Below are positions 39,251-47,555 of a stretch of DNA of 64,000 bases, piece after piece. A program made the position numbers and the translations under genes. The first letter of the stretch is position 1. Every line of letters starts with the position of its first letter. A model generated the notes under the pieces. The model was not told the origin of the DNA, made no database searches, and saw only the letters and a list, made by a program, of their open reading frames with translations. Source of the DNA: Candidatus Omnitrophota bacterium (GTDB taxonomy: Bacteria; Omnitrophota; Gorgyraeia; Pluralincolimonadales; Pluralincolimonadaceae); the NCBI GenBank assembly GCA_003141835.1, contig PLNR01000011.1, positions 107,804 to 171,803 on the forward strand, given 5' to 3'.

Positions 39251-40392
39251 CCCCTTAATAGTTCTTTCAAGTGCCCTGTGACATATCCCGCGTCTTTTAC
39301 CGTCATCGAGGAGAACATCGGGATCGATAATATCTCGTTAAAGATCTTGTTGGCTACGGGAAAATCTCCCGCGCAGAACCTCTTTTTGTAATAGCTGTGC
39401 ATATGGAGAGGTATGTAATGGACGCTGGTCCCTATGTTCCTTTTCTTGAGCTCGATTATCAGGCTGTCCCTCTCCTGCCCCGAAGAGCCGGTCTTTATCA
39501 TGAACAAATGGTAATTGTGGAAGTGCTCGTCCGAATCTTTTGTAAAACCTGCCAAACCGTCCAATTCCTTACGGTAGAACGCCGCGAGCTTCCTGCGTTT
39601 CGCGAGCATCCGGTCGAGTTTCTTTAGCTGCACCAGCCCTATGGCCGCGTGGAGGCTGTCGAGGTTATATTTATATCCCTTCTCTTCGATGTCGTAGAAC
39701 CAGTTGCCGGTCTTGCCGTATCGTTTAAATGCCTGCTTATTAATGCCGAAATAACTTTTTTTCCGTATGCTCTCTATGAGATCCTTATTCCTCGATACCA
39801 CGAGGCCGCCCTCGCCCATGGCCAGGTTCTTTGTAGCGTAAAAACTGAAAACGGCGACGTCCGAGAAATTGCCGATCTTTTTACCGAAGTAGCGCGTCCC
39901 GATGGCATGGGCGGCGTCTTCGATCACCTTCAGGCCGTGCCTTTGCGCCAATTTATTTATCCCGTCTATATCGCAGGGGTATCCCGCTATATGGACCGGG
40001 ATTATCGCCTTGGTCCTTGAAGTGACGAGCCGCGAGGCTTTCTCGAGATCAATGTTCAGCGAATCTTCCTCCACGTCGCAAAGCACAAGTTTCGCGCCCA
40101 CCCAATCGACCACCTGCGCGGTAGCGGCAAAAGTCCATGTCGGGACGATCACCTCGTCGCCGGGCCCGATACCCAGCGCCTCAAGCGAAAGATGGAGGCC
40201 TGCGGTGCAGGAATTTAACCCAACGGCATAGAGCTGTTCCGGGCCTTTCAGGTAATCGACGATTTTGTCTTCAAATTCGGTGACTTTCGGGCCGGTCGTC
40301 CACCAGCCTGACCGCAAGACCGCCGCGGCGGCCTTCACCTCCTCATCCGAAACTTCAGGCCTCGAAAACGGAAGGAAATCTTTCCTTATCAT
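39247..40392 (-). CDS. DegT/DnrJ PLP sugar aminotransferase, SpsC/ArnB-like
   Basis: SGWWTTGP, NSCTAGLH, EDAAHA, FSFYATKNL, GEGG, W-YDI-E-GYKYN. Confidence 0.93.
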   Translation of the reverse strand: MIRKDFLPFSRPEVSDEEVKAAAAVLRSGWWTTGPKVTEFEDKIVDYLKGPEQLYAVGLNSCTAGLHLSLEALGIGPGDEVIVPTWTFAATAQVVDWVGAKLVLCDVEEDSLNIDLEKASRLVTSRTKAIIPVHIAGYPCDIDGINKLAQRHGLKVIEDAAHAIGTRYFGKKIGNFSDVAVFSFYATKNLAMGEGGLVVSRNKDLIESIRKKSYFGINKQAFKRYGKTGNWFYDIEEKGYKYNLDSLHAAIGLVQLKKLDRMLAKRRKLAAFYRKELDGLAGFTKDSDEHFHNYHLFMIKTGSSGQERDSLIIELKKRNIGTSVHYIPLHMHSYYKKRFCAGDFPVANKIFNEILSIPMFSSMTVKDAGYVTGHLKELLRG

Positions 40393-41243
40393 TTTTCAAC
40401 CACCTCCCCTGTTCCCTGTTGCCCGACTTCGGGATACCAGCTGTCGCATTTCGCGCATAGCGAGTCCGTAAAAACGAGTTTTTCGTGTTCCATCCTCAAC
40501 CGGGCGTATTTTTCATTATGCCAGATCTCTCTTATAGTCTGCGAATTGACGTCGCCCATCGGCTCGCCGGCCCAATCATGGTTGCACCTGCCGGTCTTTC
40601 CGTCATAATAGACAAGCAGCTCGTAGTTAGGCATCACGCAGGGCTTTCTTTCTTTGCGCGGCTTGCGTATCGCGCCGAAGACGCCATTTATCGAGTGCTC
40701 CTCGTATACCCGGATCCTGTCGACCTTTCCGTCCCATATCTTCTTAAAAAGCTCGACGTTATTTTGAGGCGTCCCGGCCGTCTTTACCATCGATACCTGC
40801 GTCCTGACCTTCCCTTTATTGAATTTCAGGAAATCCAGGATGTTGCCTTCCACGGCGGAATATACGGCAGGCTTCCTGGTTTTATCGAAGACCGAAGGGA
40901 CATCTATACTGAAAGAGATGAAAGTAAGGCCCTTTACGATCGCTTCAAATTTTTCCGGATTGAGGAGCGTGGCGTTCGTCGCCATCTGAACTTCCTTGAA
41001 TTTCCCCGGGATATACCCCATCAGGCTGTTGAAGGCCGGATGAAGCAGGCTCTCTCCTCTCCTGTGCAGGACCAGGATGGTATCGGGAAAAGGGCTTATC
41101 TCATCTATGATCTTCCTGAAAAGTTTTTCGCTTATGAACCCGCTCGGGTTATCCAAATAACTACGCGGGCAATAGGTGCAGCGCAGGTTGCAGGAATTGG
41201 AAAGCTCGATCTCTACCCTTTTAGGAAAATCAGGAGTCAGCAT
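40389..41243 (-). CDS. Radical SAM protein with SPASM/twitch domain
   Basis: CNLRCTYC, GESLLH, TNAT; C-terminal CVMP...CNHD...G...CAKC. Confidence 0.9.
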   Translation of the reverse strand: MLTPDFPKRVEIELSNSCNLRCTYCPRSYLDNPSGFISEKLFRKIIDEISPFPDTILVLHRRGESLLHPAFNSLMGYIPGKFKEVQMATNATLLNPEKFEAIVKGLTFISFSIDVPSVFDKTRKPAVYSAVEGNILDFLKFNKGKVRTQVSMVKTAGTPQNNVELFKKIWDGKVDRIRVYEEHSINGVFGAIRKPRKERKPCVMPNYELLVYYDGKTGRCNHDWAGEPMGDVNSQTIREIWHNEKYARLRMEHEKLVFTDSLCAKCDSWYPEVGQQGTGEVVEK

Positions 41244-41926
41244 TTTTTTTCTTTCAACAGCAGGTCAAATATATCCCTCGACTTGAAATCATAAACCGGG
41301 CCCAGGGCCGCGGCTATTTTATTGCATAACTTAATGTCTTCGGGATTATCGACTGTCAGCGAAATATCCGATATCTCCAACGGGCGCATCTTTGCGTCAA
41401 CAAATTTCGTTTTGAATTTTCCATTGTTATTCTTCAGGAACAGGGTGACATGCTCAGACTCGGCTTCGGATGCCCCTTCGGAAGACCTCCGCAGCGCTGA
41501 CAAGGTAATGACTTCCGAGTCCAGCCCGGCGATACAAGTGTTTTTATCCGGCGCGACGTAATCCAGCCCTTCATCAGCCTGTATATTGAACATTTTGTCT
41601 ATGAGCCCGGTGTCTACGAACGGGGAATCGCCGCATACCCGGCAAACGACGCCCGCTTTAAAAAACTCGGCGGCTTTTATATACCTGTCCAGGACGTTAT
41701 CAAGCGACCCGCGGAAGGCCTTGATCCCGCGCTTTACGCAATAAGCATAAAGCCCGTCATCACTGCCGTCGTCCGAGGTGATAACGGCGATGATCTCCGC
41801 TTCTTTCGAGGCCGAAGACCTTTTGTAGACATATTCGACCAAAGGTACGCCATCCAGGACCGGAGCGAGCATCTTTCCCGGGAATCTTTTTGAAGAAGAA
41901 CGCGCCTGGATCAACAAGGCCTTCAT
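41237..41926 (-). CDS. spsF: CMP-nonulosonate cytidylyltransferase, SpsF-like
   Basis: IQARSSSKRFPGK, RGSLDNVLDRY, RVCGDSP, EHVT, LTVD. Confidence 0.88.
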   Translation of the reverse strand: MKALLIQARSSSKRFPGKMLAPVLDGVPLVEYVYKRSSASKEAEIIAVITSDDGSDDGLYAYCVKRGIKAFRGSLDNVLDRYIKAAEFFKAGVVCRVCGDSPFVDTGLIDKMFNIQADEGLDYVAPDKNTCIAGLDSEVITLSALRRSSEGASEAESEHVTLFLKNNNGKFKTKFVDAKMRPLEISDISLTVDNPEDIKLCNKIAAALGPVYDFKSRDIFDLLLKEKKC

Positions 41927-41991
41927 TGCGATACACAGGGAAGCGGACAGAGCTTCGCCCCTTCGGTTACATACCTGTAACTTTTTTTCAT
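41923..41991 (-). CDS. Putative 22-aa leader/uORF MKKSYRYVTEGAKLCPLPCVSQ
   Basis: Hand-translated; preceded by an A-rich tract; its TGA overlaps the spsF ATG (ATGA); translation unproven. Confidence 0.35.
   Translation of the reverse strand: MKKSYRYVTEGAKLCPLPCVSQ
41951..41981 (-). promoter_or_regulatory. Candidate ops/JUMPStart-like loading site for the NusG paralog
   Basis: Minus strand GTTACA-GGTA-TGTAAC hairpin followed by CGAAGGGGCGAAGC, resembling the JUMPStart core AGGGGCGGTAGC; directly downstream of the nusG paralog. Confidence 0.4.
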
Positions 41992-42025
41992 TTTTTTGTT
42001 TTTTTTTAAGTAACTGTCCTGTACT

Positions 42026-42535
42026 CTAAAGCCTCTCCACCACGTCGTTGTCCACTTCCGCGGCCAACGACCTGCCGAGAAGGTCCACCGAGATGACCAG
42101 CGTGCCCTTTTTGTCGTTGAATTTCTCGAATATGCCGATAGCTCCCCTGAGCGGCCCGTCTACAACGACGATCCTCTCGCCGGCGTTCAGGTAAGGGTGC
42201 GGCGACGGATCTATCCCCGATTCTACGATCATTCTTACGCTCTCTATCTGCTCTACGGGAATGGCCAGGGGGGCCGTTTTTGTGCCCAGGATATTGACCA
42301 CGCCTTCGGTCTTTTTGACCTCAAGCCAATCCTGGGTGGTAGCGGCACACTCGACAAAAAGATAGCCCGGGAAAAGCGGCCTTGCCACTTTTATCTTCCT
42401 GTCCTTCCTCCTGCTCCATTTGAGGACGGTCGGATAGAAGGTCTTGATCGATCTCTTGTTCAGGAGGTAGCTTACCTTGAACTCGTAGTTCGACCGCGTC
42501 CTTACCGCATACCATTTGTGGGCAAGCGCTATCAT
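42026..42535 (-). CDS. NusG paralog transcription antiterminator (RfaH/UpxY/LoaP type)
   Basis: WYAVRTRSN-E, WSRRKDR, PLFPGYLFV NGN domain, GER-VVVDGPLRG KOW domain. Confidence 0.92.
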   Translation of the reverse strand: MIALAHKWYAVRTRSNYEFKVSYLLNKRSIKTFYPTVLKWSRRKDRKIKVARPLFPGYLFVECAATTQDWLEVKKTEGVVNILGTKTAPLAIPVEQIESVRMIVESGIDPSPHPYLNAGERIVVVDGPLRGAIGIFEKFNDKKGTLVISVDLLGRSLAAEVDNDVVERL

Positions 42536-42538
42536 ATT

Positions 42539-43150
42539 TTATAGTCCGTGCACGGGCATTTTAGCCAGTTCCGCGTCATCGTTTATCCTCTTCAGGATCT
42601 TATCCTTATAACGCATGGATGTGATTATTATCGCGTCCGGTTTGAGGGCTTTGATCGTCTCCGGGCCGCCTATTGTGAAATTGAACTTCTTTGTGCCCTG
42701 CTTTTCCTTATCATCGTCGATTATCCCCAAAACCTCTATACCGGCCTCATGAGATATCACGAACGCAACTTCCATGACATCTCCGGCACCGTAGAATACG
42801 GCGCGCTTAACGCCTTGTCTTGAGATGGAATCGAGCTTTTCGGCGAGGTTTTTTTTGAGGTCTATGTAATAGTGGACTGTATATTCGAGGAAATGGTAGG
42901 TAAGCCTTGTCTTCTCGCTGAAACCTTCGGGAGTGAGGAAATACGATATGCGCTTGTGGTTTATGCCCTTGATCTTTATATAGCCCTTATTCGCCATCTT
43001 TTTAAGGCAGGCGTTGGTCACGCCCAGAGCCACGCCAAGCCGCTCCGAAAGTTTCCTCTGGGACGCGCCGGAATCCCTGGAGATCTCCTCCAGCAACTGA
43101 AGATTTCGCAAGTCTTCTGTTGGTTTACGGAAGCTGTTATCAGTGGGCAT
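42539..43150 (-). CDS. EPS-associated MarR-like winged-helix regulator with C-terminal Rossmann (Rex/CoA-binding-like) domain
   Basis: SQRKLS--LGVALG-TN--LK, Y-LTPEGFSEK; C-terminal FYGAG...IIDDD--KQG. Confidence 0.85.
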   Translation of the reverse strand: MPTDNSFRKPTEDLRNLQLLEEISRDSGASQRKLSERLGVALGVTNACLKKMANKGYIKIKGINHKRISYFLTPEGFSEKTRLTYHFLEYTVHYYIDLKKNLAEKLDSISRQGVKRAVFYGAGDVMEVAFVISHEAGIEVLGIIDDDKEKQGTKKFNFTIGGPETIKALKPDAIIITSMRYKDKILKRINDDAELAKMPVHGL

Positions 43151-43160
43151 TTGGCTATAA

Positions 43161-43177
43161 CGTTCTAAAGATGAACG
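43161..43177. promoter_or_regulatory. Palindromic operator CGTTC-N7-GAACG overlapping the predicted transcription start
   Basis: CGTTC TAAAGAT GAACG between the -10 box and the regulator start codon. Confidence 0.6.
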
Positions 43178-43182
43178 ATACT

Positions 43183-43211
43183 ATTTTACGTTATAACCCC
43201 TGTCCTGTCAA
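43183..43211 (-). promoter_or_regulatory. sigma70 promoter of the glycan operon
   Basis: TTGACA (43211-43206), 17-nt spacer, TAAAAT (43188-43183). Confidence 0.85.
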
Positions 43212-43239
43212 TAGGAAAAATAAAGGCTGGCTGCAGGAA

Positions 43240-44169
43240 TCAAGCGAAAAACTTGAAGAATTGGACCGTTCTCTTCAGCCCGTCATTTAGGTTAACTTTA
43301 GGGCTCCATTTGAGGATTTTTTTAGCTTTGGAAATATCCGGCCTGCGGACCTTTGGGTCATCTATGGGAAGGCGTTTATACGCTATCCTGCTTCTGCTTC
43401 CGGTGAGCGATAATATCCTTTTGGCCAGTTCAAGCAGGGTCTCTTCGTTGGGGTTGCCTATGTTGACCGGGGCATTCTCGCCGGATAGCATCAAGGCGTA
43501 GAGCCCCCTTACGAGGTCGTCTACGTAACAAAAACTCCTCGTCTGCCTGCCTTTTCCGTATACGGTGATCGGCTTGCCTTCGAGGGCCTGCATTATGAAA
43601 TTCGGTATCGCGCGTCCGTCGTTTTTGCGCATGCGCGGGCCGTAGGTATTGAAGATGCGGACGATCTTTGTATCGAGCTTATGCACCCGGTGGTAGGCCA
43701 TAGTTATCGCCTCGGCGAAACGCTTCGCCTCGTCGTAGACGCCTCTCGGGCCTATCGGGTTTACGTTGCCCCAATATGATTCCGGTTGGGGGTTTACGAG
43801 CGGGTCGCCGTATACTTCGCTCGTCGAGGCAAGCAGGAATTTTGCCCCCTTTGCCTTCGCGAGGCCCAAGGCGTTGTGCGTCCCCAAGCTTCCCACTTTC
43901 AGGGTCTGGATGGGATACATCAGGTAGTCGACAGGGCTCGCCGGAGAGGCGAAATGGAGGACATAGTCCAGCGGCCCGGCGACATTTATCTTGACCGAGA
44001 CGTTATGGTTCACGAATTTGAAATTCTTGTTGCCCAGAAGATGGGCGATGTTCTCTTTCTTGCCGGTTATAAGGTTATCCACGCAGATGACCTTATGCCC
44101 TTTGCCTATGAGAAAATCGCAGAGGTGCGACCCGATGAAACCTGCCCCTCCGGTTATTAGTATCCTCAA
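43240..44169 (-). CDS. UDP-glucuronate decarboxylase (UDP-xylose synthase)
   Basis: True start probably TTG 44169 (overlaps the upstream TGA, GAGGGGG SD); [33 protein letters not shown]. Confidence 0.92.
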   Translation of the reverse strand: MRILITGGAGFIGSHLCDFLIGKGHKVICVDNLITGKKENIAHLLGNKNFKFVNHNVSVKINVAGPLDYVLHFASPASPVDYLMYPIQTLKVGSLGTHNALGLAKAKGAKFLLASTSEVYGDPLVNPQPESYWGNVNPIGPRGVYDEAKRFAEAITMAYHRVHKLDTKIVRIFNTYGPRMRKNDGRAIPNFIMQALEGKPITVYGKGRQTRSFCYVDDLVRGLYALMLSGENAPVNIGNPNEETLLELAKRILSLTGSRSRIAYKRLPIDDPKVRRPDISKAKKILKWSPKVNLNDGLKRTVQFFKFFA

Positions 44170-45287
44170 TTTCCCCCCTCCAGAAAATCTATCACTGCCT
44201 GCGCGACGAAACCGGCCTCCTCTTCGTTCAGCTCCGGAAAGACGGGAAGGGCGAGCACTTCTTCGCACGCCTTTTCGCTCACCGGGAAATCGCCTTTCTT
44301 CCATCCGAGCCCGCTATAGACAGGCTGCAGGTGCAGCGGTATCGGGTAATATACAGCCGTAGCGACATCCTTCACGGTAAGCGACTCCCTCAATTTGTCC
44401 CTCTCCTTTATCTTTATGTTATAAATATTATATACGTGTTTCCGGTCCTTTTTCTCGACGGGGACCGTCAATTTTCCGGCCCTGCTTAAATTTTCGAATA
44501 ATTTGTCATAAATGCCGGCGTTATTGCGCCGGGAATCGTTCCACGCGTCTAAATGCCGCAATTTGACCCTTAATATCGCCGCCTGGAGCTCATCGAGCCT
44601 GCTGTTCCGGCCTTCTGTCTCGTGGCGATACCTGCCGGCTTGCCCGTGGGCGCGAAGCATCATTACCCTGTCGGCAAGCGCCTTATTGTCAGTCGTTACC
44701 ATGCCCCCGTCGCCGAAACAACCCAGGTTCTTGCTCGGGAAGAAACTGAAACATCCGATATCCCCGAAACCTCCGACCTTTTTCGACCTGAATTCGGCGC
44801 CTATCGCCTGCGCGCAGTCCTCGATGATCTTTATGCCGTGTTTTTCGGCAATGCCCATAACGGCAACCATGTCGCAGGCCTGGCCGAAGAGATGGACCGG
44901 TACTATTGCCTTCGTCCTTGGAGTTATCGCTTTCTCTATGCGGTCCGCGTCTATATTAAAGGTATCAGGTTCGATATCGACGAGAACGGGTTTCGCGCCG
45001 TTAAGGCAGATAGCTTCGGTGGTAGCGATGAAAGTAAACGGGGTAGTAATGACTTCGTCGCCGTCTCCTATGCCAAAAGATTTAATGGCAAGTTCCAGGG
45101 CATCGGTGCCGTTAGCTACGCCGACCGCGTATTTCGTACCGCAATAAGCAGCAGCCTCTTCCTCGAATTTCGCGACGTTCTCTCCGAGTATGAAAACGCC
45201 TTTTTCAAGGACAGCCTTCACGGCCGGGTCTATCTCACCCTGTAATTCCCTGTACTGCCTGACCAGTTCCAGCAACGGCACTTTCAT
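44166..45287 (-). CDS. DegT/DnrJ aminotransferase (WbpE/WlbC-like)
   Basis: [47 protein letters not shown]. Confidence 0.92.
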   Translation of the reverse strand: MKVPLLELVRQYRELQGEIDPAVKAVLEKGVFILGENVAKFEEEAAAYCGTKYAVGVANGTDALELAIKSFGIGDGDEVITTPFTFIATTEAICLNGAKPVLVDIEPDTFNIDADRIEKAITPRTKAIVPVHLFGQACDMVAVMGIAEKHGIKIIEDCAQAIGAEFRSKKVGGFGDIGCFSFFPSKNLGCFGDGGMVTTDNKALADRVMMLRAHGQAGRYRHETEGRNSRLDELQAAILRVKLRHLDAWNDSRRNNAGIYDKLFENLSRAGKLTVPVEKKDRKHVYNIYNIKIKERDKLRESLTVKDVATAVYYPIPLHLQPVYSGLGWKKGDFPVSEKACEEVLALPVFPELNEEEAGFVAQAVIDFLEGGN

Positions 45288-45288
45288 T

Positions 45289-46233
45289 TCAGCTTTTTCC
45301 GCTCACCGATTTGAAATACTCGACGGTTTTTTTCAGGCCCGATACAAAATCGACTTTGGGATCAAGTTTTAAGAGTTTCTTCATTTTCGTCACATCCGCT
45401 AGCGTATGCTTGACGTCTCCGGCCCGCGGCGGCATGAACTTAGGCTTTATATCTTTCCCTATGATCTCGTTGAGTATGCGGACTAATTCGAGCAGATTGT
45501 ACCCCTTGCCGCAAGCGACATTAAATGCCTCTCCCGATACCCCTTCGCGCACCGCCGCGGCAAGGTTCGCCTCTACGACATTGTCCACATAAGTGAAATC
45601 CCGGCTTTGCTTCCCGTCGCCGTCTACAGGCGGTTGCTCGTCTTTCAGGATACAGGTGATGAATTTAGGGATAACTACGGCGTATTCCGATTCAAGCGAT
45701 TGCCTTGGCCCGAATACGTTAAAATACCGGAGCGCCACGGTCTCAAGGCCGTAGGATTTAGCGAAGACCCGGAGATAATGTTCGCCGGAAAGTTTGGTGG
45801 CGGCGTATGGAGAAATAGGCTGCGGTATCTGGTCTTCGCTCTGCGGAAGCTTGACCGTATCCCCGTAGACCGAGCTGGACGACGCGAAGACTACCCTTTT
45901 TATCTTGTTCTCATGGGAAGCGACCAGGACGCTGAGGGTGCCTTTGACGTTTACGTCGTCATACAATAACGGGTTCTCCAGGGACTTCGGAACGGAACGG
46001 AGCGCGGCCTGGTGTATGACATAATCGCAACCCCCCAGCGCTTTTTTCAATGCGGCGGGATCGCGTATGTCCCCTTCTATCAATTCGATCTTGCTAAGGA
46101 CATCCTCAAGGTTCTTCTTTTTTCCCGACGAGAAATCGTCGAGGACCTTTACTTCTTCGCGTCGGCGCACAAGTTCATCGACGATACTGGAACCGATGAA
46201 TCCCGCGCCTCCGGTGACAAGGTATCTGGCCAT
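45289..46233 (-). CDS. UDP-GlcNAc(A) 4-epimerase (WbpP/TviC-like SDR)
   Basis: [42 protein letters not shown]. Confidence 0.9.
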   Translation of the reverse strand: MARYLVTGGAGFIGSSIVDELVRRREEVKVLDDFSSGKKKNLEDVLSKIELIEGDIRDPAALKKALGGCDYVIHQAALRSVPKSLENPLLYDDVNVKGTLSVLVASHENKIKRVVFASSSSVYGDTVKLPQSEDQIPQPISPYAATKLSGEHYLRVFAKSYGLETVALRYFNVFGPRQSLESEYAVVIPKFITCILKDEQPPVDGDGKQSRDFTYVDNVVEANLAAAVREGVSGEAFNVACGKGYNLLELVRILNEIIGKDIKPKFMPPRAGDVKHTLADVTKMKKLLKLDPKVDFVSGLKKTVEYFKSVSGKS

Positions 46234-46237
46234 GAGA

Positions 46238-47548
46238 TTACAGCCTTTCTATTTTATTACGGTTCGTTTTAATATTCCTCAACGCGTTACGGGTATCGAG
46301 GATGAACTTCGAATTCTTGACTACAAAACCGTAATCGACGTTCGAGTGGTCGGTCACTATTACCACGCATTCTTTGGCCTTGAGCTCCGATGCGGTAAGC
46401 TTCACCGACTTCAGCTTGTGCCCGTTGAACGCGGATTCCGGCACGAAGGGATCATAATATGATATGACCGCCCCGCGCTCCTTGAGTTTTTCTATTACCT
46501 CGTATGCCGGTGATTCCCTCGTGTCTGTCACGTCTTTTTTGTAGGAGAGGCCTATAATGAGTATCTTAGCGCCCTTGACCGCCTTCCCGAACCTGTTATT
46601 GAGCGAACGCGATACCCTTTCGGCGACGTGTTCCGGCATGTCGGCGTTCACTTTTGAGGCCAGGTCGATGAACCTGGGCTCGAATCCCTGGATCCTCGCC
46701 TTCCATGCCAGGTATATGGGGTCTATAGGGATGCAATGCCCTCCTAATCCCGGGCCGGGGTAGAACGGCATGTAGCCGAACGGCTTTGTCTTCGCGGCCT
46801 CGATGATCTCCCATACGTCCACCTTGAGGCTGTCGCACATGAGCGCGAGTTCGTTCACGAGCCCGATGTTGACCGACCTGAAGGTATTCTCGAGGAGCTT
46901 GACCATCTCCGCCACTTTCACCGACGAGACCGGTATGACCTTCCCACATATCTGGGAGTACAGCAATTCTATATTATTCCTGCATATCTTCGTCATGCCG
47001 CTTACGACTTTCGGTATGTTATGCGTCATATATGTGGGATTGCCCGGGTCGATCCTCTCAGGGGAAAACCCGAGGCAGAAATCCTTTCCCACTTTCAGGC
47101 CGGTGGCCTCCAATATCGGGAGTATTACCTCCTCTGTGGTACCGGGATAAGTCGTGGATTCGAGCACTATCACCTGCCCCCGCCTTAAATTCCCGGCGAT
47201 CGCCTCGGCTGCCGAGACGATGAAAGACATGTCCGGATCTTTTGTCTTCCTTAACGGCGTCGGGACGCAGATTATTATGGCGTCCACTTCCTTTAGCTTC
47301 GAATAATCGCGGGTAGCCCTGAGCGCGCCCCTCTTTACCAGGGGCTTGATCTCCTCGCTGGGGATATCCAGTATATAGGAATTACCCGAGGTTATGGAAT
47401 CCACCTTGTTCTTGTCGAGGTCGACGCCGAGCGCCTTGAAGCCTTTCTTGGCGAATTCCACCGCAAGGGGCAATCCGACATAACCGAGGCCGATCACCGC
47501 GACCCTGGCCTCTTTCCGGTTTATCTTTGCTTTAAATTTCGCAACCAT
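46238..47548 (-). CDS. wbpA: UDP-N-acetylglucosamine 6-dehydrogenase (WbpA-like)
   Basis: GLGYVG, CVPTP, ESTTYPG, SPERIDPG, KLLENTFR, GGHCIPID. Confidence 0.92.
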   Translation of the reverse strand: MVAKFKAKINRKEARVAVIGLGYVGLPLAVEFAKKGFKALGVDLDKNKVDSITSGNSYILDIPSEEIKPLVKRGALRATRDYSKLKEVDAIIICVPTPLRKTKDPDMSFIVSAAEAIAGNLRRGQVIVLESTTYPGTTEEVILPILEATGLKVGKDFCLGFSPERIDPGNPTYMTHNIPKVVSGMTKICRNNIELLYSQICGKVIPVSSVKVAEMVKLLENTFRSVNIGLVNELALMCDSLKVDVWEIIEAAKTKPFGYMPFYPGPGLGGHCIPIDPIYLAWKARIQGFEPRFIDLASKVNADMPEHVAERVSRSLNNRFGKAVKGAKILIIGLSYKKDVTDTRESPAYEVIEKLKERGAVISYYDPFVPESAFNGHKLKSVKLTASELKAKECVVIVTDHSNVDYGFVVKNSKFILDTRNALRNIKTNRNKIERL

Positions 47549-47555
47549 TAAATGA

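Noticed and set aside
128-41243. AsnB plus radical SAM/SPASM genes as a lasso-peptide/RiPP cluster
   Set aside because: The AsnBs keep the N-terminal Cys glutaminase domain, no RRE/PqqD or peptidase is present, and the context is entirely sugar biosynthesis; the 22-aa uORF lacks RiPP leader features
43161-43177. GTTC/GAAC palindrome as a LexA (SOS) box
   Set aside because: Orientation and spacing differ from GAAC-N4-GTTC and GTTC-N7-GTTC boxes; the adjacent regulator is a simpler explanation
44170-44304. Arg-rich N-terminal extension on the UDP-xylose synthase ORF
   Set aside because: Alternative frame of the upstream aminotransferase; the real start is the TTG at 44169 with a good SD
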